Source: Candidatus Heimdallarchaeum endolithica (GTDB lineage Archaea > Asgardarchaeota > Heimdallarchaeia > Heimdallarchaeales > Heimdallarchaeaceae). From it: a stretch of 64,000 nt of DNA. The notes under the pieces are model-generated. The model was given only the letters and a program-made list of their open reading frames with translations. It had not been told where the DNA came from and searched no databases. Positions 30,863 to 40,899 of this stretch are shown here, one piece after another; within the stretch, counting starts at the first letter, position 1; every line of letters begins with the position of its first letter. Position numbers and translations under genes: made by a program. The stretch covers positions 1,664,001-1,728,000 of the forward strand of contig CP084167.1 in assembly GCA_021513715.1 (NCBI GenBank), given 5' to 3'.

Positions 30863-31729
30863 TTACAAAAAAAGTGATCGTAATTTGTAAATGATATTGG
30901 AAATTGAAAGAACTCTTTTTCTACACAGAGTTGCTTTTTTTGTAAAAAGGTTAACGTAAGCAAAATATCCATTTACTAGAGGCCCAGGATTAATAAGAAT
31001 TGTGCTTTTCTCAATTTGAATAGTACTTACTTCATGAACATGCCCACAAAAAACAAAGTCAAACAACGACGTTTCGAAAATAAGAGAGGCAATTTCCTTG
31101 TTTCCGGCATGGTAGTTTCTCATAGGAATTAAATCAACATGTGTATTCTTGGGGGGTTCATGAAAAAGGCCAATAAACAATTTTCTTTTGTTCTTTTCTT
31201 TAAGGAAAAGAGCTTGCTCTTTTAATTCTAACAAATCTTTTCTTATGGTGCTTATTTCTCTAACTGTCGGTGTTTGAATGGAGGAATATTCAGCTTTTTG
31301 ACAATATCCATACCCTAGCACTAATAAATTTTCATGCTCTACAATTTTTGATTCAATAAAAATTAAATTCGAACTTTCCTTGGTTTGCTGTTTAATATAA
31401 GTAATAACTTCAGGAGTATCAGTATTTCCATGTGTGAAAAATATTGGTTTATTTAACGCTCTAAAAAAGTCCAAGATTTTCTTTGTTGAACGTAATTGAA
31501 ATTCAACAAATTCGCTGTATTTTTTTCCAAATACAAGTTCCATATATTTTTCTCGACTAATTTTTTTATATTTGATAATTGATTGAAAGATAAGAGGGAT
31601 ATAAATAGTCCCTGCTATGTCTCCTGCAACAAAAATCACATCAACCTCTTCTAACTTTTTTTTTAATTTTCTTAATAGTTTCAATGAACCATGAATGTCT
31701 GCTAGAACAATAGCTTTCAATTTACTCAC
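30863..31729 (-). CDS. Calcineurin-like metallophosphoesterase
   Basis: ADIHG, AGD, HGNTD, HEPP, CGHVHE, INPG. Confidence 0.9.
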   Translation of the reverse strand: MSKLKAIVLADIHGSLKLLRKLKKKLEEVDVIFVAGDIAGTIYIPLIFQSIIKYKKISREKYMELVFGKKYSEFVEFQLRSTKKILDFFRALNKPIFFTHGNTDTPEVITYIKQQTKESSNLIFIESKIVEHENLLVLGYGYCQKAEYSSIQTPTVREISTIRKDLLELKEQALFLKEKNKRKLFIGLFHEPPKNTHVDLIPMRNYHAGNKEIASLIFETSLFDFVFCGHVHEVSTIQIEKSTILINPGPLVNGYFAYVNLFTKKATLCRKRVLSISNIIYKLRSLFL

Positions 31730-33254
31730 CAGAAATAGAGAGTAACTCTTTTTCTATATTTTTTAGTAGATTTCCAGCTTTTACTTGTTCAATAACCCAA
31801 TAGACGTCATCATCATATCTTCTATCGTCTGCAATAGGTGGTATTTTTTTTCTAATATAATCATATATCTCTTTATTCACTGGTGAAAGATCTCTTTCAC
31901 CTCGAAACTCTAAAGCTTGACAGGCAGTAAAAATTTCTATTGCTATCATCTGCAAAACTATTTCTCTTATTTTGTAAGCTTTTTTACTCGAAGTTAACCC
32001 CATACTTACATGGTCTTCTTGGTCTGCAGAAACAGGAGTATTATCAATTGTTGCAGGACTGCTTAATACTTTATTCTCAGAAGATAATGCTGCATCAGCA
32101 TATTGAAGAATCATAAGACCAGAATTTAACCCTGGATTTCCAGTTAAGAAAGCAGGAAGATTTGATAAGGAGGTGTTTAACAATTGATTAACACGCCTCT
32201 CAGATATTGTTCCTAGTTCTGTCATCGCTATTGAGAGAAAATCCATGACAAGAGAGATAGGTTCTCCATGAAAGTTTCCACCAGAAAAAGCATGATTTTC
32301 ACTTACTGAAATTAGAGGATTATCTGTTACTGAGTTTATTTCAATTTCAACAACATCTTTTGCGTATCTGATTGTATCGAGAATCGCTCCATGGACCTGA
32401 GGAGAACAGCGTATAGAATAGGGGTCTTGAACTCTAGGAGCTTTAATTTTTTCTATATCACTATCTTTTATAAGTTTCAAAACAGTTTTTGCAAAATCAC
32501 GTTGTCCTTTATGCGCTCTATTTTCCATTATAAATGGTGAAAAAGCATCAGTATTTCCATGAAAAGCTTCTAGAACCAAAGCAACACTAATTGCTGAATG
32601 CTTCATAATACTTAACGCATCATAAACTGTATGAGCAGCATAAGAAGATAAAACATGTGTCCCATTTACTAATGAAAGACCTTCTTTAGCAACAGGATTA
32701 ACTGGTTTTAATCCTAAAATATTCAACAATTCTTTTCCATCGTAAGTTTTCCCATTATACTTTGCTTTTCCCTCACCCATTAAAATGCTAGCAATGTATG
32801 ATAAAGGAGCAAGATCACCACTAGCTCCTAAAGAACCAACACTTGGAACTAAAGGAATAACCTCATTATTAACTAGTTCTATATATAGATCAACAGTGGA
32901 TAGCCTTATTCCACTACTACCTTTACAATAAGAATTAATTGCAATAACCATTGCCCCCCTAACTATTTCATCAGGAAGAAAATCTCCAAAACCAATACTA
33001 TGGGAACGAATTATATTTTCTTGTAAAGTAGATTGTTCTTCACTAGAAATGAGCACATTCGCTAGTTTTCCAAAACCTGTGGAAACACCATAAATAGCTT
33101 CATTCCCTGAAATTAATTCTTCAATTATCTTTCTTGATTCTATGATTCTTTGTTTACTTTCATCACTTATTTGAATTTTATATCCTTTTCTTGTTATTTT
33201 TATTAAATCTTGAATTGTAAGTGAATTCCCATCAAGGACAATAATATTATTCAT
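31722..33254 (-). CDS. hutH: Histidine ammonia-lyase
   Basis: YGVSTGFG, RSHS, MIO motif GASGDLAPL, QDPYSIRC, GGNFHG, QEDHVSMG. Confidence 0.96.
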   Translation of the reverse strand: MNNIIVLDGNSLTIQDLIKITRKGYKIQISDESKQRIIESRKIIEELISGNEAIYGVSTGFGKLANVLISSEEQSTLQENIIRSHSIGFGDFLPDEIVRGAMVIAINSYCKGSSGIRLSTVDLYIELVNNEVIPLVPSVGSLGASGDLAPLSYIASILMGEGKAKYNGKTYDGKELLNILGLKPVNPVAKEGLSLVNGTHVLSSYAAHTVYDALSIMKHSAISVALVLEAFHGNTDAFSPFIMENRAHKGQRDFAKTVLKLIKDSDIEKIKAPRVQDPYSIRCSPQVHGAILDTIRYAKDVVEIEINSVTDNPLISVSENHAFSGGNFHGEPISLVMDFLSIAMTELGTISERRVNQLLNTSLSNLPAFLTGNPGLNSGLMILQYADAALSSENKVLSSPATIDNTPVSADQEDHVSMGLTSSKKAYKIREIVLQMIAIEIFTACQALEFRGERDLSPVNKEIYDYIRKKIPPIADDRRYDDDVYWVIEQVKAGNLLKNIEKELLSISGE

Positions 33255-33599
33255 GATTAAAGTTTTTTCATTACTAATTTAAAAATTTGGATAGAAGAAG
33301 TTGAACTTAAGAAAAATTGAATTAACTAAATGAATGAAATTTTTTAGGATCGATATAATTTGAAAACAAATTCATTATTTTTGAAATTTGGAAAATCGTT
33401 TCAGTCTTTTCAAGCATTATCAAAAAAGATTCCATTATTACTTTTTTTTCAACAAAAATTAAGGAATAAAATAGTTAACTCTTCTTTTTCTTCATTTAAT
33501 AAAGTAAAAGTCTTTTTAACTGAAAAGACCAATATAATATCTTAAAAAAAAACATTTTGCAAAAAAAATAAATTATAGCTTTTACACTTTAAAATTAAC

Positions 33600-34907
33600 A
33601 TGCTCCGACATGAAAAAGAAGGAATAATTATAGCAAATATAGCCGATCTTTTTTTAGGTGAAGTAACAAAATATGAACCATCCTACCCTAACGAAAAACC
33701 AGACGCTCTTGTAATAAAAGATGGAAAAATAGAAGCTATTGGTGAAACTGGGAGAATATTAGCAGACTATAACAGAACAGATTATGAATATATCAACTGT
33801 AATAATGAACAAAGTGTTTGCCCAAGTTTTGTAGATTCACATACCCATCTTGTTTTTGCGGGGAATAGATCTCATGAGCTAGAAATGAAAATTAAAGGAA
33901 TAAGTTATAGTGAAATAGCAGCAAAAGGGGGCGGAATAAATTATACAGTAAGAGAGACAAGAAATGCATCAAAAAAGGAGTTAAAGGCTGCTGCATTAAA
34001 GATATTAGATAAAATGCTACTACACGGAACAACAACCATTGAAGCAAAATCCGGATATGGGTTAAACCATGAAAGTGAACTAAAAATACTTGAAGTAATT
34101 AATGAATTAAATGAAGAACATCCAATTGAAATAGTTCCAACATTTTTAGGTTGTCATATTAAACCCGAAGACTTTATGGGAAACACATACGAATATATTG
34201 AAACAATGATGTATTTGCTCCCCGAAATTAAAAAAAGAAACTTAGCTGAATATGTAGATATATGGACAGATTTAGGAGCATTTACTGTTGAAGAATCAGA
34301 ATTTTTTCTTAAAGAAGCTGTAAAACAAGGCTTCAAAATAAGAGTGCATGCAGACGAGATGGATAATGTGGGTGCGGGAATAATGGCAGCCAATTTGGGA
34401 GCAGTATCAGCAGATCATTTACTAAAATCAGAAGCAATAACTGCAGAAGCGATGGCTGAAAAAGAAGTAGTCGCAAATTTGCTTCCTGGAACACCATTTG
34501 TTTTAATGAGCAGAAAGTATGCTAATTACAGAATGTTTCGGGATGCAAATTGCACTGTTGCACTGAGCACAGATTTCAATCCAAATTGTTATATATTAAA
34601 CATGCAAACAATTCTAACACTTGGAACATATATGATGAAAATGACACCAAAAGAAGCCCTAAAAGCAGCAACTTTTGGAGGAGCAAAAGCATTGAACAGA
34701 GAAAAAAGGATTGGGTCAATAGATTTAGGAATGCAAGCAGATGTTTTAATCTTAGATGTACCATCAATAGACGATTTAGTTTATCAATTTGGAACAAATA
34801 ATGTTTCTACTGTGATTAAAGAAGGAAAAATACTGGTGAAAGATAAAGAAATAATACTGAAAAAAAATGAACCAAAAAAAAAGATAAAATACGAACTTAA
34901 AATTTAG
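33600..34907 (+). CDS. hutI: Imidazolonepropionase
   Basis: DSHTHLVF, GGGI..TV, EAKSGYG, HADE, SADHL, TDFNP. Confidence 0.95.
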   Translation: MLRHEKEGIIIANIADLFLGEVTKYEPSYPNEKPDALVIKDGKIEAIGETGRILADYNRTDYEYINCNNEQSVCPSFVDSHTHLVFAGNRSHELEMKIKGISYSEIAAKGGGINYTVRETRNASKKELKAAALKILDKMLLHGTTTIEAKSGYGLNHESELKILEVINELNEEHPIEIVPTFLGCHIKPEDFMGNTYEYIETMMYLLPEIKKRNLAEYVDIWTDLGAFTVEESEFFLKEAVKQGFKIRVHADEMDNVGAGIMAANLGAVSADHLLKSEAITAEAMAEKEVVANLLPGTPFVLMSRKYANYRMFRDANCTVALSTDFNPNCYILNMQTILTLGTYMMKMTPKEALKAATFGGAKALNREKRIGSIDLGMQADVLILDVPSIDDLVYQFGTNNVSTVIKEGKILVKDKEIILKKNEPKKKIKYELKI

Positions 34908-34909
34908 GT

Positions 34910-34960
34910 TGTCGAACAAAACCTCGACACTAAATCTAGTTGTCGAAAATTTATTCGACA
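34910..34960. promoter_or_regulatory. Two TGTCGA-N8-TCGACA palindromes, 31 bp apart
   Basis: 34910-34929 and 34941-34960 have identical arms and the same spacer length; between the hutI stop and the thermosome promoter region. Confidence 0.65.
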
Positions 34961-35220
34961 GGGAAAAAAAGTCAAGCACTGAAAAATTTTTAAATAAAAC
35001 ATTTAGAGCAACCTTTTCTCTTCGAATTCCCTAAAAATTGTATAAAGTTGACTGACAGTAAATTTTATATATCAGTCTAAGTCGAATTTTTACGGAAATT
35101 GTTTCTCGTGTGATAAAAGACAAGTGAAAAAACACAATTAAACAATTATCAAATAAATATAATTCTAAAATAATTATAATCTATAACACAGAGAAATAAA
35201 AAATTAAAGGTGAAAAAAAA

Positions 35221-36891
35221 ATGTATGGGCAAGGCCAAGTACCAGTGATAGTCCTAAAAGAAGGAACAGAAAGGACAAAAGGAAAAGATGCACAGAGAAA
35301 TAACATAATGGCAGCACAAGTAGTTGCTGAAACAATTAAGACTACCCTAGGACCAAAGGGTATGGATAAAATGCTCGTTGATGGGCTAGGAGATATTTTA
35401 ATATCTAATGATGGTAAAACTATTCTTGACGAGATTGATGTCAAGCATCCTGCAGCAAAGATGATGGTTGAAGTAGCTAAAGCTCAAGACCAAGAAACAG
35501 GTGATGGTACTACTTCAAGTGTTACTCTTGCAGGTGAACTACTAAAGAACGCTACTGATCTTTTGGACAAACAGATTCATCCTTCAATAATTGTTGAAGG
35601 TTACAAAGCAGCTGCTGAGAAAGCAGAAGAAATCCTACAAGAATTAGCCACACAATTTGATCCTTTTGGCGACGAACAAATTTTATTCAAGATAGCAAAT
35701 ACTTCATTAAACAGTAAGTCAGTATCTGGTGCTAAAGAGCACATTGCACAGCTAGCAATCAGCGCCGTCAAAAAAGTTGCAGACGAGGATAATGGTAACC
35801 ATGTTGTTGAACTTGATAATATTAAGATTTTACAAAAATCAGGTAAGAGTTTAGCTGAGTCTGAACTTATTGAAGGAGTAATTGTTGATAAAGAAGTTGT
35901 TCACCCTGGCATGCCAAAGCAAGTTAAAGATGCAAAGATTCTTTTACTTAACCAAAACATTGAGATCGAAAAAGGAGAATTTGATAAAGAGATTAGAATT
36001 AGTGATCCCCTACAGATGCAAAGTTTCTTAGAAAATGAAGAAGCTATGTTAAAAGAAATGGTTGAGCAGATAGCTGCTACAGGAGCCAATGTTTTAATCT
36101 GTCAGAAAGGAATCGATGACATGGCCCAATATTTCCTTGCAAAAAAGGGTATTATGGCTATTCGTCGAGTTAAAAAATCGGATATGGAGAAACTTTCACG
36201 TGCAACTGGAGGAAAAGTCATTAGCAATTACAAAGACGCTAAAGCTGAAGATCTGGGTTACGCTGGACTAGTTGAAGAAGTCAAAATTGGTGATGATGAT
36301 CACGTTTTTGTTCGTGAATGCAAGAATCCTAAAAGTGTTTCTATTATTCTCCGTGGAGCCACAAAATACGTCACTGATGAAGCTGAACGTGCTCTTCATG
36401 ATGCTCTATGTGTAGCTCGTAATGCTGTTGAAGACAAAACCTATTTACCCGGCGGAGGAGCGACCTATCTTGAGCTTGCTAAACGACTAAGTGTTTTCGC
36501 TGAAGAGTTCAAAGATAAACGTCAAATGGCAGTTAAGGCTTTTGCTCAAGCTCTTGAAGTTATTCCTACTACTTTAATTGAAAATGCAGGTTTAGATCCT
36601 ATTTCAATCATGAACGAATTAAAAGCTGCACATGCTTCTGAAAATAATGTTTCTATGGGTCTAAATCTTTTGAAGAATGGTCAAGTTCTTGACATGTTCA
36701 CTGAAGGAATAATTGAACCTCTTCGAGTAGTTAGTCAGGCTGTTAAGTCAGCTTCTGAATCAGCTATAATGATTCTAAGAATCGATGATGTAATTGTCGC
36801 CAAGGCTTCCGCTCCACAAGGCCCACCTGGTGGAGGTATGGGTGGCATGGGTGGCATGGGTGGCATGGGCGGCATGCCTGGTATGATGTAA
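35221..36891 (+). CDS. ths: Thermosome (group II chaperonin) subunit
   Basis: [26 protein letters not shown]-repeat tail. Confidence 0.98.
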   Translation: MYGQGQVPVIVLKEGTERTKGKDAQRNNIMAAQVVAETIKTTLGPKGMDKMLVDGLGDILISNDGKTILDEIDVKHPAAKMMVEVAKAQDQETGDGTTSSVTLAGELLKNATDLLDKQIHPSIIVEGYKAAAEKAEEILQELATQFDPFGDEQILFKIANTSLNSKSVSGAKEHIAQLAISAVKKVADEDNGNHVVELDNIKILQKSGKSLAESELIEGVIVDKEVVHPGMPKQVKDAKILLLNQNIEIEKGEFDKEIRISDPLQMQSFLENEEAMLKEMVEQIAATGANVLICQKGIDDMAQYFLAKKGIMAIRRVKKSDMEKLSRATGGKVISNYKDAKAEDLGYAGLVEEVKIGDDDHVFVRECKNPKSVSIILRGATKYVTDEAERALHDALCVARNAVEDKTYLPGGGATYLELAKRLSVFAEEFKDKRQMAVKAFAQALEVIPTTLIENAGLDPISIMNELKAAHASENNVSMGLNLLKNGQVLDMFTEGIIEPLRVVSQAVKSASESAIMILRIDDVIVAKASAPQGPPGGGMGGMGGMGGMGGMPGMM

Positions 36892-36993
36892 TTTTTTTCC
36901 CGGTAATTTTTTTATTAATTTTTATTTTCCATTTTCTTGCTTTATTTATTCATTGGGAAAATATTTTTATTGTTCCTCTCCCACAACGTAGAT

Positions 36994-37296
36994 ATGACCA
37001 AGAGAAATAAATCAAAATTTGATCGTATTACTTGGATTGTCACAGAGTTGATTATTGGCTTTGCTGCCGCAGGTTATGGAGTTTATGGTTTATTTAAAGG
37101 TTTACCGGAACAAAAGATTGTCCACATAATTATTTCTTCTATTGGTGGGGTTTTATTATTACTTGCTTTTAGTCAGATTCTTATATTAAGAGTTAAAAAG
37201 AAAAGAATTAAAGAAATCAAGCATTGCCCCAAATGTGGGGTTGAAGTCCAAAAAGGGGATGAACACTGCAGAAAATGTGGAGAAAAATTAAATTAA
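36994..37296 (+). CDS. Two-TM membrane protein with C-terminal double zinc ribbon
   Basis: Two hydrophobic helices, then CPKCG...CRKCG. Confidence 0.75.
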   Translation: MTKRNKSKFDRITWIVTELIIGFAAAGYGVYGLFKGLPEQKIVHIIISSIGGVLLLLAFSQILILRVKKKRIKEIKHCPKCGVEVQKGDEHCRKCGEKLN

Positions 37297-37298
37297 TA

Positions 37299-37703
37299 TT
37301 ATTGCTTGCTCTTTTCCTCTTTCCAAACTTTTAGAAACTCGGGCATTTCTTCGAAGTTTACAATTGGTATTGATACAGGCCATCTAGCATCACTTACTTC
37401 ATCAGCAAATTCAAACTCTTCCTTTGGACTTGTTCTATATCTTATAAATGATCCTGCAGGAGGTTTATCACTTTCTATCCATACAACTATTGGAAGAGCT
37501 CTTAAGTTGTAGTATCCTAAGCTAGTATTAAACATGAAAAAAATATTCTTATTCTCTTCTTTTTCATAAAAATATCCTATGTAACCTGTCATTCTATCTG
37601 TTAAAGTTGAAGCTATAAGCTTTATTATATCTGATAATCCCTTAAGTTTTATTGACGCAGCTTTTTTTATATTATCTACAATTTCATCCATATTAACCAC
37701 CAA
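37299..37703 (-). CDS. Hypothetical protein downstream of atpK
   Basis: 134-aa ORF in the same direction and 19 bp from atpK. Confidence 0.6.
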   Translation of the reverse strand: MVVNMDEIVDNIKKAASIKLKGLSDIIKLIASTLTDRMTGYIGYFYEKEENKNIFFMFNTSLGYYNLRALPIVVWIESDKPPAGSFIRYRTSPKEEFEFADEVSDARWPVSIPIVNFEEMPEFLKVWKEEKSKQ

Positions 37704-37722
37704 AAATAAAAAAATAAGAAGT

Positions 37723-38031
37723 TTAGAAGATTAATAGAATAGCTACAAGTAGACCATAAATTGCTACTGCTTCAATAAGCACGATGAACAAGAAGATTTT
37801 ACCAAAAATCTCTGGTTTTTCAACTAGTGCGCCTATACCAGCTGAACCTGCTGAACCCATTCCGAGACCACTACCAATACCTGCCAGACCTATTGCCAGA
37901 GCAGCTCCTAGAGGTCTCATATCTCCTTCTTCACCTAGAGGAATTTTTTCTGCAGCGAATGTACCTTTTGAAGTTAAAATGATAAGCGCAACAATTGCTA
38001 GTAGTCCAATAATCAGATCATTTTTTTTCAT
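37723..38031 (-). CDS. atpK: A/V-type ATP synthase proteolipid subunit K (c), single hairpin with N-terminal hydrophobic leader
   Basis: GAALAIGLAGIGSGLG, EKPE loop, ion-binding Glu in IEAVAIYG. Confidence 0.93.
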   Translation of the reverse strand: MKKNDLIIGLLAIVALIILTSKGTFAAEKIPLGEEGDMRPLGAALAIGLAGIGSGLGMGSAGSAGIGALVEKPEIFGKIFLFIVLIEAVAIYGLLVAILLIF

Positions 38032-38126
38032 AATATTTCCCTTTTTCACGTGTTTAAAATTACAAATCATCGTTTCTTTATTAGTTTTTTGTATTGGATA
38101 CTTTTTAATATAGAATATATTATTTA

Positions 38127-38236
38127 TAGTACTTCCGCAATAAGTTGACCGATTTCTATAGGTTAAAATTATAGGCGTTCATACTATCATTGGCGTGTTC
38201 TCAATTCATACTTTTTGAGATAATTCGGAAGTACTA
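38127..38236 (+). mobile_element. 110-bp MITE, copy 3
   Basis: Same TIR; TSD TATTTA (38121-38126, 38237-38242); 1 substitution versus copy 1. Confidence 0.95.
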
Positions 38237-38290
38237 TATTTAATAAAAAGGTTTTTTAAGAATATTAATATTGTATATTTTATATAACAA

Positions 38291-39301
38291 AAGCATGTCC
38301 AAAAATTCTTTTTCACCAACTATACAGTCCGAAGGAGCAAAAGGTAGTTGTAACAGAGAAGAGAACTGTACAAGGTAGAGAGGATGGTGGAGGGTAAGCG
38401 ATCAAGGATGGGGGAAGAGAGAGTTTGAGGAGACCAAAGACGTGTTCAATACTACTACGATACTCGGGGTGATGATTATGATAAACGATACAGACCAGGG
38501 TAGAGACGATGAACTTGAACTATTGGTCCAAGGAGAGGAGGAGAGGGATAACGAGCATTACTTTTTTGGGGGAATAACAGGAAAAAAGAATGTTGTCTAA
38601 GAAGACCGACGATATTTTCTGTCCAGTAGGCACAGTCACCATAGAATCTCAAGAAAGGTCTTAAGAGTGCAGAAGGAAGTTTCTGCCATAGTAAACCGAA
38701 GACTTTACTATCGTGAGTGTTACTAGCAGAATGTGCTAGAGAGACTATAGCTCTGGAGGGTAAACCAACTATAAGGTGTATCTTCCAGAAAAGTTTAGTT
38801 GGAGGTTTTCTTTAGTGCTCCCCTTGACCACTTGAGAAAACGCCAAACAGAAGCTTGACGAATTTTAAACCCTGAACTATCCACCGCCATAGCTTTCAAC
38901 TCTTTTTTTCTCACTATTTCTCCCCCTAAATCTATTATCCACTGCTCTAAGATTTTACTTTCTGTCGCTCTCCACACAGCATGAAAAGTGGATTTAGAAG
39001 GAATCTTCTTCATCCACCCCTCTTCTATCAAAAAAGCGCATAGAGACAACTTTTCTTCTAACTTCCTCCAAGCAATTCCTTCTATTCTAGCAATGATCGC
39101 TAAAGCCAGTATCACCCACCTTTCTGCTATTCTTTTTCTCCCTCTCTTACTTTCTCTCGGTTCCACTTTCACCAGTTTCTTAAGGAAAGGTTCATTAATG
39201 ATTATAAATTCTCTTACGCTGTGGAGTTTTATGATCTGAAAGAAACTCATAATTCCGACATAAACCCCCATATCAATAAAAATTAATTTTTGGACATGCT
39301 T
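38291..39301 (-). mobile_element. 1011-bp IS5-like insertion sequence with frameshifted DDE transposase
   Basis: 17-bp TIR AAGCATGTCCAAAAATT; 6-bp TSD TAACAA; transposase fragments (about 39271-38320) carry AVDSSG, FWKIHL, GDCAY and YRSSIEHVF across at least two frameshifts. Confidence 0.92.
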
Positions 39302-39368
39302 TAACAAGTAAGAAAGCAAAGCTATAATAAATGGGAAAACTTTATGATTATTAAGAAAAGATTCTATC

Positions 39369-39986
39369 GTGAGTAAAATGTTTGGAAACTTTATGAAATG
39401 GTTATTAGGAACTCAAAAATCAAGCCGAGACCATATAGTAAATCTTAAACTAACAATTCGTAGACTGGAAAGAGCTCAGAGAAAACTTGAAAGAGATGAA
39501 TCAAGAATTCAATTAAAGATGCGTACAGCAATTCAACGTGGTGATTTAGAAGGAGCCCGCCTTTATGCTACAGATATTGTTCGTTCTCGTAAATGGGTTT
39601 TAGGTTATCAGCGTTTAGTTTCTCGTATTAATGGTCTTATTTTTAAATTAGAACGAGCTGATTCTGCAGCTAATTTAGCTGCTGAAATGCATTCCATTGC
39701 AGGAGCTCTTCGACAAGCTAACGCTCAATTAAATGTTCCTGATTTAGATCATGTTATTCAAGACATGGAACGAAGTATTGATGGAATTGAGGATTCAACT
39801 GAAACAATTGAAGACGGAATTGATGATCTTCTTATTGCTGACACTGACCCTGCTGAAGTTGACAGGTTAATCGATCAAACTGCCACTGAAATGGGTGTCA
39901 GTGTAGGAGGAGAACTCCCTTCAGTAAGTGCTGTTGCTACAGACGATCTTGAGGAAGAGATTCAAAAATTAAGAAAAAAAGAGTAA
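39369..39986 (+). CDS. ESCRT-III protein, Vps2/24/46 class
   Basis: Snf7-family coiled coil, G..EGARLYA..IVR, amphipathic N-terminus, MIM1-like DDLEEEIQKLR. Confidence 0.9.
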   Translation: MSKMFGNFMKWLLGTQKSSRDHIVNLKLTIRRLERAQRKLERDESRIQLKMRTAIQRGDLEGARLYATDIVRSRKWVLGYQRLVSRINGLIFKLERADSAANLAAEMHSIAGALRQANAQLNVPDLDHVIQDMERSIDGIEDSTETIEDGIDDLLIADTDPAEVDRLIDQTATEMGVSVGGELPSVSAVATDDLEEEIQKLRKKE

Positions 39987-40000
39987 TATGAGGTGTTTAT

Positions 40001-40660
40001 ATGGGTATGAAAAACTGGTTATTTGGAACCAAACGCAAAGATGATGCAGAAGCTTTAGCTACACTCAAAGCTCAGATTAATCGTTATGAGCACGAGTCTC
40101 GTAATTTGGAGCGTCAAGCTGATGAACAAAAGTCTTTAGCAGCTAAGATGTTGAAATCAGGTAATAAAGCTGGGGCCAAGCAAGCTCTTAAGCGCCGAGC
40201 TATTTACATGAAACGTTTAAATCAAGTCCAAAACATGTTAATGAACCTTCAGAGTCAAATTGACAGCATTCAGACAGCAACTTCTACCGTTGAAACAGTA
40301 AAAGCAATGGAGTTAGGCACTAAAGTTGTTAAGACTAAAATGCAAGAAGTTGATGTTGAGAAAACTGAACGTGTTATGGATGAAGTTATGAGTCAACGTG
40401 ATGAGATTGAAATGATGACTGAAGCTTTATCTGACACTGCATTAAGCGAGAGCATTTTAGATTATGAGGATGATGTAGCAATTGATGATCAACTTGCTCA
40501 GTTAGAAGCAGAGATGAATCTTGGTAAGACAGAAGAATTACCAGATCTTTCAGATCTTCCTTCTACGCCAACAGAAAAACCAACAGAAAAAGAAGAAGAT
40601 ACTTCTGACCTTGAAGCTGAATTAGCGTCTCTTAAGAAAAAATTAAGCGATGACAAATAA
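40001..40660 (+). CDS. ESCRT-III protein, Vps20/32/60 class
   Basis: WLFG N-terminus, GNKAGAKQALKRR, VE.VMDE, MIM2-like LPDLSDLPSTP. Confidence 0.92.
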   Translation: MGMKNWLFGTKRKDDAEALATLKAQINRYEHESRNLERQADEQKSLAAKMLKSGNKAGAKQALKRRAIYMKRLNQVQNMLMNLQSQIDSIQTATSTVETVKAMELGTKVVKTKMQEVDVEKTERVMDEVMSQRDEIEMMTEALSDTALSESILDYEDDVAIDDQLAQLEAEMNLGKTEELPDLSDLPSTPTEKPTEKEEDTSDLEAELASLKKKLSDDK

Positions 40661-40899
40661 TAATCAAATTCTTTTTTCAATTCTTTTTTTAAATAATATT
40701 CGAATATTGATTTTTTTTCTATTTTTTTAATGATACCATATAAGTTTTGAAATGATAACTCTAGTCTTTTATAGGATCCACTTTTTTGCTTTTTTCATGT
40801 ATAAAATTGATTTTAGAAACGAACAGTTTTTTAACGATAATGATGTTACTAGTTTAGTAATTCAATTAATATGATTATTCAATTAGAGAGGTTGAAGAA

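Noticed and set aside
36830-36888. Tandem GGTGGCATG repeats
   Set aside because: They encode the ordinary GGM tail of chaperonins.
38291-39301. IS transposase as the mobiliser of the 110-bp MITE
   Set aside because: Both make 6-bp TSDs but the TIRs are unrelated (AAGCATGTCC versus TAGTACTTCC), and this copy is frameshifted.
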